The notes beneath the pieces were generated by a model. The model had not been told where the DNA came from. It saw only the letters and a list, made by a program, of their open reading frames with translations, and ran no database searches. From the IMG/VR virus record IMGVR_UViG_2922401287_000005, positions 1 to 29,640 of that record: a stretch of 29,640 bases of DNA; one strand, written 5' to 3'. A program made the position numbers and the translations under genes. This document shows, piece after piece, positions 1 through 7,069 of this stretch. Each line of letters opens with the position of its first letter. The first letter of the stretch is position 1. Source of the DNA: a virus.

Positions 1-246
1 CTACTTGAAAAGCTCTTTGACGAAAGAATCCGAAAAATGCTTGGTGATCGGCTCTCCGAGATCTCGGCGCTCCAGTTCAGTCTTCTTCACTAATCCCTTC
101 ACGACGAACTCGAGAGAAGAAATACGATCTTCTGCCACGCCGATGGCGGTAGCTATGCTAGCTATTTCGCTCCTAGTTTTGGCGTCTGGTGCTTTGGTGG
201 CAAGCCGCTCAAGCAAGATTTTGGCGTGATCGAGCCTCGTGTTCAT
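1..246 (-). CDS. Hypothetical protein (~81 aa, helical; start at ATG 246 or GTG 264)
   Basis: ORF ending in TAG at 1-3, in an AT-richer segment. Amphipathic helical sequence; no recognised motif. Confidence 0.45.
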   Translation of the reverse strand: MNTRLDHAKILLERLATKAPDAKTRSEIASIATAIGVAEDRISSLEFVVKGLVKKTELERRDLGEPITKHFSDSFVKELFK

Positions 247-426
247 GGTGAGAGCTATTGGCACGGTGAGTATTCCTCGCTGGTGATTCGAAACGCTCTC
301 AGCTTGGTAGAGAAACCGGGCAATACTACTGGCGGTTGGCGGCTATCCACGATCCCCACAGGCATGCTCAGCTTTAAAGCAGCCAGTTTTTCAGAGGAAT
401 TTTGTTGGCCGGTGTGTATTAATGTA

Positions 427-461
427 TTGATCCCCTCCCAAAAGTGTGTATTAATACACAC
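427..461 (+). promoter_or_regulatory. Putative hicAB promoter with a palindromic operator
   Basis: TTGATC (427-432) and TATTAAT (449-455) lie next to and within a perfect 18-bp palindrome GTGTGTATTAATACACAC (444-461). A partial second copy GTGTGTATTAAT is at 412-423. RHH-type HicB proteins typically autorepress through such sites. Confidence 0.7.
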
Positions 462-650
462 ACGAGGTCAGCAGATGTCATCAGGGTCCTGAAGGACGAT
501 GGGTGGAAGCCGGTGGCCCAGAAGGGCAGCCACATCCAGTTCAAGCACCCGACAAAGAGCGGCCGCGTGACGGTACCGCATCCGAAGCGTGACATCCCTA
601 TCGGCACTTTGAGGAGCATCGAAAAGCAAGCCGACCTGAAACTAAGATGA
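462..650 (+). CDS. hicA: HicA-family mRNA interferase toxin (start codon ACG at 462, or GTG at 444)
   Basis: (T)RSADVIRVLKDDGWKPVAQKGSHIQFKHPTKSGRVTVPHPKRDIPIGTLRSIEKQA, with the GSH catalytic His motif; directly upstream of hicB. Confidence 0.9.
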   Translation, partial: TRSADVIRVLKDDGWKPVAQKGSHIQFKHPTKSGRVTVPHPKRDIPIGTLRSIEKQADLKLR

Positions 651-698
651 GATCGCAGACGGGGCATCGCGCCCTGATCCCAAGGAGGGGAGAATAAC

Positions 699-1091
699 AT
701 GCGACACTACATTGCACTGATCCATAAGGATGCAGACAGCGACTACGGCGTGTCATTTCCGGATCTTCCTGGCGTTGTAACTGCTGGAACGAATTTAGAT
801 GATGCGCGCGCCATGGCAACGGAAGCTCTGGCTCTTCATCTAGAGGGTATGGTTGAAGACGGCGAAGCCGTCCCAGAACCCTCCTCCCTTGAGGAGATCA
901 TGGCAGATGCCGAGAACAGAGACGGCGTTGCCGTTCTAATTCCTGTACCAGCGACGGAAGTGAAGACGGTACGCGTCAACGTCACTCTTCCCGCCGATGT
1001 CTTGAACGAGATTGACCACTACGCTGAACAGCATGGTTTCACGCGTTCTGGTTTTCTCGTTCAAGCCGCAAAGAAAGCGATCGCGGCGTAG
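699..1091 (+). CDS. hicB: HicB-family antitoxin with C-terminal ribbon-helix-helix domain
   Basis: YIALIHKD..SDYGVSFPDLPGVVTAG..LDDARAMATEAL..HLEG N-domain; VRVNVTLP...RSGFL RHH; strong SD (AAGGAGG) upstream. Confidence 0.95.
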   Translation: MRHYIALIHKDADSDYGVSFPDLPGVVTAGTNLDDARAMATEALALHLEGMVEDGEAVPEPSSLEEIMADAENRDGVAVLIPVPATEVKTVRVNVTLPADVLNEIDHYAEQHGFTRSGFLVQAAKKAIAA

Positions 1092-1128
1092 CCTGATCAA
1101 CAGGCCGCGGCGCCAGCCGTAGACACAC

Positions 1129-1444
1129 ATGCACCTCTTCCTCCGCCCCACCCGTCATAGCCGGCGACAAGCTTGAGAACGATTTCGCGGTGATCCACGA
1201 GGGCCGGAAGGTTCGCCGGATCAGGTTGGCTACTGAGCGCGCCAGCCTCCAGCCCGGATGGGACTGGCACATCACCGTCCCGCTTCCGGTCCACCCGTGG
1301 TGCAACGGCACGGCAACCGATCTGGAAGGCGCCAAGGCGGCGTTCCGGGAAGCGTGGGAGCGGTTCTTCGCGACCCTCTCGCCTTCCGACATCGAATACT
1401 GGCACCACGATCAGGACGCCGCCGCGCGGCGCTTCGGCCGGTAA
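1129..1444 (+). pseudogene. Small hypothetical gene with a probable +1 frameshift near 1150
   Basis: ATG 1129 reads MHLFLRPT and stops soon after. Removing one C from CCCCACCCGTC joins it to VIAGDKLENDFAVIHEGRKV...WDWHI...GTATDLEGAKAAFREAW in the 1190..1444 frame. Confidence 0.6.
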
Positions 1445-1829
1445 GATTCGCGGTCCCCATCCCGGATACCAAATCGCCCTATGCACCCTGCCTGCCGACC
1501 CGGGGAACCGCCGTTCCCGCGCGCGACGAATGGCTGCACGAGGTCAAGCATGACGGCTACCGGCTGATCGTCCAGCGCGCCGGCAAGGTCGTGCGCCTGT
1601 TCACCCGCAACGGCCACGACTGGACCCCGCGCTACCCGCTGATCGTCGAGGCGGCGCTGCGCCACCGCGCGCAGCGGTTTGTGCTGGACGGCGAGGCGGT
1701 CCTGCTGGGCGTCGATGGCCGCTCTGACTTCGACGGCCTGCAGAGCTGGCTCCGCAAATTCGGACAGTAGCTTGAGTGGATTTTCTGCCTGACAGCGGCG
1801 AGGATTCTTGCCGCGAATCAGGAGCGAAG

Positions 1830-2135
1830 ATGACGAAGAAGAGCCGCCGGATGCATTCTCCGGCATTCAAGGCGAAGGTTGCTTTGGCTGCGGTCAAAGG
1901 CGACAAGACGCTGGCGGAGCTGGCGCAACTGTTTGATGTTCATCCGAACCAGATCACGATCTGGAAAAACCAGCTCCTGGAAGGCGCCGCCGGCGTGTTT
2001 GGGCATGACAAGGCGTCGGCCGAGACGCCGGTCGATTTGAAGGCGTTACATGCCAAGATCGGCGAGCTGGCGTTGGAAAACGATTTTTTGTCCGGCGCGC
2101 TCACCAAGGCGGGCCTGCTGAGCGCAAAGCGATGA
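1830..2135 (+). CDS. IS3 transposase OrfA (HTH)
   Basis: MTKKSRRMHSPAFKAKVALAAVKGDKTLAELAQLFDVHPNQITIWK; SD AGGAG before ATG 1830. Confidence 0.93.
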   Translation: MTKKSRRMHSPAFKAKVALAAVKGDKTLAELAQLFDVHPNQITIWKNQLLEGAAGVFGHDKASAETPVDLKALHAKIGELALENDFLSGALTKAGLLSAKR

Positions 2136-2959
2136 TCGACCGCGGTCATGATCTTTCTATCGTGCGCCAGGCGAAGGTCCTGAAGCTGGCTCGCAGCACG
2201 GTCTACTATGAACCTCGGCCAGTTTCGGCCGAGGACCTTGCCTTGATGCGTCGGCTCGATGAGCTGCATCTCGATTATCCCTTCGCGGGAGCGCGTATGC
2301 AGCGATCGTTGCTGCGGCGGGAGGGCGTATACGCCGGTCGCCGCCACATCGCGACGCTGATGAAGCGCATGGGGATCGAGGCGGTCTATCGTCGCCCGAA
2401 CACGAGTAAGCCGGCACCGGGTCACAAGATCTACCCGTACCTGTTGCGCGGATTGAAGATCGAGCGGCCCGACCAGGCGTGGGCAATGGACATCACCTAC
2501 ATTCCGATGCGGCGTGGCTTCGTCTATCTCGCGGCGGTCGTCGATGTGTTCAGCCGACGGGTCCTGGCCCATCGCGTCTCGATCACAATGGAGGCGGCCT
2601 TCTGCGTCGAAGCGGTCCAGGAGGCGTTGGCGAAGCACGGCAGGCCCGAGATTTTCAACACGGACCAGGGCAGCCAGTTCACCAGCCTCGAGTTCACCGA
2701 TGTGCTGCTGGACGCGAAGATCGCCATCAGCATGGACGGCAAGGGCGCCTGGCGCGACAACGTGTTTGTCGAGCGGCTCTGGCGCACGGTCAAATACGAA
2801 GAAGTTTATCTCCGCGCCTACGACAGCGTGTCCGAGGCGCGAGCGTCAATTGCCAAGTATCTGGCCTTCTACAATCAGGGACGCCCTCACTCGAGCCTTG
2901 ACGGGCGCACGCCCGACGAGGCTTACTTCGGCACGCAAGCTATGGTGATGGCCGCATGA
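2132..2959 (+). CDS. IS3 transposase OrfB (DDE integrase core)
   Basis: WAMDITY, FNTDQGSQF, DNVFVERLWRTVKYE, YNQGRPHSSL; ATGA overlap with orfA, in the -1 frame. Confidence 0.95.
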   Translation: MIDRGHDLSIVRQAKVLKLARSTVYYEPRPVSAEDLALMRRLDELHLDYPFAGARMQRSLLRREGVYAGRRHIATLMKRMGIEAVYRRPNTSKPAPGHKIYPYLLRGLKIERPDQAWAMDITYIPMRRGFVYLAAVVDVFSRRVLAHRVSITMEAAFCVEAVQEALAKHGRPEIFNTDQGSQFTSLEFTDVLLDAKIAISMDGKGAWRDNVFVERLWRTVKYEEVYLRAYDSVSEARASIAKYLAFYNQGRPHSSLDGRTPDEAYFGTQAMVMAA

Positions 2960-3452
2960 CCGTCGCCGACGATTTTGTCGTCGCTCTGGTCGGGCTACGC
3001 CCTCCCGACGCAACGACAAAATCGTAAGGCCCCGCGTTCAGCATAACCCGGCAGGAATCCACTTAAATCCCGCGGGGCGCTGTCCAAACAACCGGCGCCA
3101 GCTCTCTGCATTCCCGCCAGCACGACGACGAGGTCCAGCTCTACGCCTTCGACATGATCGAGCTCGACGGCGAGGATCTCCGCAAGCTGCCGCTGTCGAT
3201 GCGAAAGACCAATCTGGAACGGATGCTGGCGCGCCGGGTCGACGGCATCCATTTGGCCCCGTTCGAGACCGGTGAGATCGGGCCCGAGCTGTTCCGCCAC
3301 GCCTGCCTGATGGGCCTCGAAGGCATCGTCTCCAAGCGCGTGGACCGCCCCTACCGCGCCGGCCCCTCGAAGGACTGGGTCAAGGTGAAGAACCGCGAGC
3401 ACCCGGCCATGTACCGCGTCAGGGACGCGCGATCGCGCAGGCCCTGAAACGC

Positions 3453-3494
3453 AAAAAAGGCCCCCGAGCGCCCTGTGAGGGGCGCCCGGGGGCC
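3453..3494 (-). terminator. Rho-independent terminator ending the late/lysis operon
   Basis: Long GC stem (GGCCCCCGAGCGCCC / GGGCGCCCGGGGGCC) followed by T6 on the minus strand, between convergent genes. Confidence 0.85.
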
Positions 3495-3510
3495 AATTGA
3501 TGTTCCAGTC

Positions 3511-4164
3511 TTAGAGCGCGTTCAGCGCGACCTTGTCGTAGGCCGCGTAGACCTTCTTCAGCCACGCGCGCGCGTAGCCCTGCAACACCTCTGACTGCGA
3601 CTTGTCGGCGATGTAGGCCTCGAAGCCCACGCCGAGCCGGTCGATCGTGTCGTTCGCCATCGTGTTGAGCTGCGGGATCACGATGGCGTCCTTGGCGGAC
3701 GCCGGCAGGCCGGCGAACTTGGTGCCGTTGGTGTGGTTGAGCAGCACGTGATGGGTGGCGCCCTCCACCGCCTTGGCGGTCGCGTCGATCTCGTCGAACG
3801 ACGCCTGGCTGGAGCCGATGACGTGGACGACCGAGATCCGCAGCCGGCCTTCCTTGACGCCGTCGAGGAAGCCGATCTCCGACAGGGTCGCCAGCGTGGT
3901 CGAGAGCAGCGTCGCGCGGATGTCGATCAGCGTGACCTGCGCCTCGCGCAGCTTGTCGAACACCTTCATCTGGTCGTCGGACTGGGTGAGGTCCACGACC
4001 TCGACGTCCGGGTGGAAGCGCTTGAACACGCCGTTCGGCGCCTCGGTGTCGAACGCGCGAACCGAGATGCCGTGGGCGTGGAAGTAGTCGCGCAGAGTGC
4101 GGGAGACGGTCGTCTTGCCGACGCCGCCCTTGTCGGCGCCGACGATAATGACGTGGGGGCCCAT
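3511..4164 (-). CDS. ParA/MinD-superfamily (deviant Walker A) P-loop ATPase, 217 aa
   Basis: IIVGADKGGVGKTT (KGGxGKT), RAFDTE (A'), VTLID (Walker B); SD AAAGG upstream. Confidence 0.85.
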   Translation of the reverse strand: MGPHVIIVGADKGGVGKTTVSRTLRDYFHAHGISVRAFDTEAPNGVFKRFHPDVEVVDLTQSDDQMKVFDKLREAQVTLIDIRATLLSTTLATLSEIGFLDGVKEGRLRISVVHVIGSSQASFDEIDATAKAVEGATHHVLLNHTNGTKFAGLPASAKDAIVIPQLNTMANDTIDRLGVGFEAYIADKSQSEVLQGYARAWLKKVYAAYDKVALNAL

Positions 4165-4194
4165 GTAGGGTGCCTTTCTTTCTGTGATGGAGGA

Positions 4195-4698
4195 CTATTT
4201 CGCGACCACGCTCGACGGCAGGCCGCGGAGGCCGTCGTTCTGCCGTTCGAGCCGGTCGATCAGTTTCTGCATCTCGTCGTAGCGACGATTGACGAGAAGC
4301 ATTTCGAGGCCTTCGAGCCGCTCCACCCGTTTCTCGTCGGTGGCGGCTCGATAGTTGATCTCCTCTCGCGGAACGAGGTGTTCCTTGAGGGTCTTGATGT
4401 CGGTCTGGATCGGGGAGAGCGCTTGACTGCCGACGAACGCCAGCGTGGTGGTGATGAGACCCGCCGCCGAGATCAAGATGCCCCACGGCGTGCGATTGCG
4501 TTCGCCGAGCTGGGTGCCGAGGGACGACAGGGCCGAGCGAAACTCGGTCCCCAGCGCCGACCCCATCTTCTCGATCTTGCCGTCCAGCCCAAGGATGCGG
4601 TCATTGATCTGGCTGATGTCAGCATCAATGCCGCCCACCTTGACCTGCAGTGCCCTGACATCGGTCGCGAGCGTCGCTCCGTCAACTGCCGTCGTCAT
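4195..4698 (-). CDS. Coiled-coil single-transmembrane protein (167 aa), possibly holin-like
   Basis: ATG 4698 overlaps the o-spanin stop (TAATG). Heptad-rich N- and C-parts flank WGILISAAGLITTTLAFVG. Confidence 0.65.
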   Translation of the reverse strand: MTTAVDGATLATDVRALQVKVGGIDADISQINDRILGLDGKIEKMGSALGTEFRSALSSLGTQLGERNRTPWGILISAAGLITTTLAFVGSQALSPIQTDIKTLKEHLVPREEINYRAATDEKRVERLEGLEMLLVNRRYDEMQKLIDRLERQNDGLRGLPSSVVAK

Positions 4699-4985
4699 TA
4701 CTCGCTCCCCGCTGCGCGAGCGCGCACGTTGTCGTACCACTCACCGCTCTCCTTCAGCCGGCCATTCGCCTCGTCCAGCGCATCGCGCGTCTGTGCGAGG
4801 CGTGCCTTGCCGCTATCGTTTAGCTTTAAAGAAGGGACCGAGACGGGGGACATGAAGCCGGGACGCCCGGGCAGGTCGCGGGACTGGGCCGCAAACTGCG
4901 GGGAGGTGTGCCCGCATGCCGCGCAAATCGTCGCAAGTGAGAGCATCACCATTGACCGGAGGAGGAAGGTGAGCGGCCGCCGCAT
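4698..4985 (-). CDS. Putative o-spanin (Rz1-like lipoprotein), overlapped type
   Basis: MRRPLTFLLRSMVMLSLATICAA-CGH lipobox followed by a Pro-rich linker. Starts inside the i-spanin in another frame and runs past its stop. Confidence 0.75.
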   Translation of the reverse strand: MRRPLTFLLRSMVMLSLATICAACGHTSPQFAAQSRDLPGRPGFMSPVSVPSLKLNDSGKARLAQTRDALDEANGRLKESGEWYDNVRARAAGSE

Positions 4986-5337
4986 CAGCTTCGGCCTTCG
5001 CAGCACGCTGCTCGAGCTCCTTGACATAGTCTGCAGTCCTTTCCTTTTCATCGGCAGCGCGGCTCTCGAGCCCCGCAGCCTTGAGCTTGGCTTCGGCAGC
5101 GGCTTTCTGCGCGTTTTCCTTGTCGGCATTCGCCGCGTCGATCTGCGACTGCAGCGCGGCGGTCTGGCACTCGGCTTCGGCAGCCGAGCGGCCCATTTCG
5201 TAGAGCTTGAAGCCGGAAGCCCCGAGGGCTGCGGCGATCAGGCCGGCGACGATCGCGCCGGCCGCAAAGCCCGAGATCTTCAGTCCGAAGAGGCCCGCAA
5301 CACGGGCGAGGAAGGTGGCGACTGCGCCGGTAAGCAT
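4813..5337 (-). CDS. Putative i-spanin (Rz-like)
   Basis: N-terminal TM segment (FAAGAIVAGLIAAALGASGF), long Ala/Glu/Lys coiled coil, C-terminal Cys residues; follows the endolysin with a TGATG overlap. Confidence 0.75.
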   Translation of the reverse strand: MLTGAVATFLARVAGLFGLKISGFAAGAIVAGLIAAALGASGFKLYEMGRSAAEAECQTAALQSQIDAANADKENAQKAAAEAKLKAAGLESRAADEKERTADYVKELEQRAAKAEADAAAAHLPPPVNGDALTCDDLRGMRAHLPAVCGPVPRPARASRLHVPRLGPFFKAKR

Positions 5338-6551
5338 CAGGCCCTCCCCGCGCGGTAATCATCGACATGGCGTCGCTCGATCTTGTCGGCGACGAACCAG
5401 ACGGCCAGGCCAGCGGCCGCCAGCACGACCAGCACCACGACCGCCGCGCCGATGACGACCCAGCCGGTCTCGGAAATCCCGAGCCCGCCGACCGCCTCCT
5501 TGGCGCTGGAGATCGCGGTCGCCTTCTCGGTGACAAGGCCGAGCGCGCCGGTGACACCCAGACCGGTGCCGCCGCCGAACAGCCGCCCGCCCCACCCCTT
5601 CACCTTGTCGGTGAAGGAGATCGTGTCGGACCCCTGCTCGCGCAGATCGGAGGCCGAGGCGTTCGCCCGCTCCTCGGACACCTGCGGCGGCGTCGCCTTG
5701 GCGAGCGCCGTCAGGAAGTCGTCGTCGATGGTCGGCGTCAGCGGCAGGCCGTTCTTGTTGCGGAAGGCCAGGATCGCGTCCTCGGTCTTGCCGTGCGGCG
5801 TCAGGTTGCCGTCGACGGCGCCGACCTGCGGATAACCAAGCTCCCGGAGCTTCTGCTGCACATGGGCCACCGTGTCCGGATCGACGTGATCCGGCACGGA
5901 GGCCAGCGCGGCGAAGGCCTGCGGATGCGCCGTCTCGAGCCCCCTCTCGAACAGCGCAGCTTCCGCGTCGCGGCGGTCGCGCAGACCGCGCGAATCCGGC
6001 CACAGCCGCTTCATGGAGCGGATCAGCCCCGGGATGCGTTCCAGATTGCCGGACTTCACGCATGAGCGGATGTCCCGCATCTCAGCAAAGCGCGGGCCCG
6101 CGTTGGAGAACGAGGCGCCGCGGTTGAACACGACAGACAGGAGAACGCCCTTGCAGTCGGGCGCGAGCTCGTCGACGCCCGGACAGCCATGGCGGAGCAT
6201 CGCCATGTAGCGCGGCACGTCGTGATTGGAGAACACGTCCTCGGCGACATCCCACGGGATGTCGACCACGGCGCGGAGCTTCTGGGCAAGTGCCCGGGCA
6301 GGAACACCGGTGACGCCGCAGGTCTTGGCGAGCGCCTTGACCATGGCGTCGGGGATCTTGCCGGTCCAGTCGGCGATGAACTGAGCGCGGCTCGTCTGTC
6401 CGACATCGTATCCGATGCCGATGGTAACGCCGGACTGCTCGCCCGGCCACTCGGGATGACGATAGCGGTGCTCATAGACCTCGCGGCTCGAGACTTCCGA
6501 CTCGACAATAAGGTCGAATGCGGCCTGCGAAATGGCGTGCAAATCGAACAT
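5337..6551 (-). CDS. Endolysin: lysozyme (pesticin-C/T4-like) + PG-binding domain + C-terminal TM region (404 aa)
   Basis: ESE...SGVTIGIGYDVG and GLRDRRDAEAALF; VAHVQQKLRELGY...VDG...TEDAILAFRNKNGL; hydrophobic WVVIGAAVVVLVVLAAAGLAVWFVA. SD GGAGA before ATG 6551. Confidence 0.85.
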   Translation of the reverse strand: MFDLHAISQAAFDLIVESEVSSREVYEHRYRHPEWPGEQSGVTIGIGYDVGQTSRAQFIADWTGKIPDAMVKALAKTCGVTGVPARALAQKLRAVVDIPWDVAEDVFSNHDVPRYMAMLRHGCPGVDELAPDCKGVLLSVVFNRGASFSNAGPRFAEMRDIRSCVKSGNLERIPGLIRSMKRLWPDSRGLRDRRDAEAALFERGLETAHPQAFAALASVPDHVDPDTVAHVQQKLRELGYPQVGAVDGNLTPHGKTEDAILAFRNKNGLPLTPTIDDDFLTALAKATPPQVSEERANASASDLREQGSDTISFTDKVKGWGGRLFGGGTGLGVTGALGLVTEKATAISSAKEAVGGLGISETGWVVIGAAVVVLVVLAAAGLAVWFVADKIERRHVDDYRAGRA

Positions 6552-6583
6552 GGTTTCTCCGGATTTAAGATTGTGGGAGCCAG

Positions 6584-6614
6584 AAAAGCGAAGGCCGCCC
6601 GAAGGCGGCCCCGC
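6584..6614 (-). terminator. Terminator-like hairpin with a cUUCGg loop upstream of the lysis genes
   Basis: Minus strand GGCCGCC-TTCG-GGCGGCC followed by TTCGCTTTT. Confidence 0.65.
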
Positions 6615-6640
6615 TGGATCGTGGTTTGTGGTGAAGGCCG

Positions 6641-7069
6641 TCAGGCCGGGATGGTGATGCCGAGCGCGGTCGCGATCGCGCTCATGCGATCGGCGCCGAG
6701 GACCGTGACCAGCGTGCTCCAGCCGGCCTTGAAGCGGTCGTTGGTGGTATCCATCGGGTCGCGCTGCGCGAGCAGCGAGAACCAGAGCAGCGCAGCCTGC
6801 GGGTTGGACGAGATCGCAGTCTGGATCGCCGCGATGTCGGCAGCCGTGAGCTGCGCCAGCAGGTCCTGCGGCGCAACGAGGTAGTTCGACGCGAGCTTCG
6901 CCTGCTGGTTGGCGTATTCGGCGTTGAAGGCGTCCTCGGTCGGGATCGTCTGGACGGTGTCCATCCAGACGATGTTGGCGAAGCCGTCGCCCGTGGTGTA
7001 CCACTGGGCGAACGGCGTGAGCTGCTGCAGCGTGGCGGCGAGGATTTTCTGAGGAGAGATGTTCGTCAT
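6641..7069 (-). CDS. Small phage protein after the tail fibre (tail fibre assembly/chaperone-like)
   Basis: 142 aa, ATGA-coupled to the fibre gene. Called from position; no firm motif. Confidence 0.55.
   Translation of the reverse strand: MTNISPQKILAATLQQLTPFAQWYTTGDGFANIVWMDTVQTIPTEDAFNAEYANQQAKLASNYLVAPQDLLAQLTAADIAAIQTAISSNPQAALLWFSLLAQRDPMDTTNDRFKAGWSTLVTVLGADRMSAIATALGITIPA

Larger units (their letters stand above)
1742..3105 (+). mobile_element. IS3-family insertion sequence (ISRj2-like), 1364 bp, 4-bp target duplication CTGC
   Basis: IRL AGAGCTGGCTCCGCAAATTCGGACAG; IRR (reverse complement) AGAGCTGGCGCCGGTTGTTTGGACAG. CTGC at 1738-1741 and 3106-3109. orfA/orfB organisation. The ISRj2 assignment is from recall. 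Confidence 0.93.
1459..3447 (+). pseudogene. ATP-dependent DNA ligase, adenylation domain only, interrupted by an IS3 element
   Basis: 5' part has motif I HEVKHDGYR and motif III VLDGEAV. 3' part (from 3106) has YAFD, LEGIVSK and WVKVK. Removing 1742-3109 restores the frame (DGLHSRQHDDEVQLYAFDM), about 206 aa from ATC 1459; the start is uncertain. Confidence 0.9.

Noticed and set aside
255-461. 68-aa minus-strand ORF starting MCINTH, mirroring the hicA track ORF
   Set aside because: The identical start is an artefact of the palindromic operator; no coding support.
3511-4164. Plasmid-prophage partition system (parABS)
   Set aside because: No parB/RHH partner or parS-like repeats nearby; the gene appears to be part of the lysis transcript.
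3733-5358. 541-aa plus-strand ORF, and similar long antisense ORFs (17572..19236, 20340..21722, 22596..24119, 26297..27766)
   Set aside because: Shadow ORFs of GC3-biased minus-strand genes; no motifs, and fully overlapping well-supported genes.
5337-7004. Track ORFs with long Arg-rich N-terminal extensions (5337..7004, 8103..8699, 13722..15155, 19726..20397, 21719..22744, 1258..1770)
   Set aside because: The extensions overlap upstream genes out of frame; starts were reassigned to downstream codons with an SD, stop-start coupling or the domain boundary.
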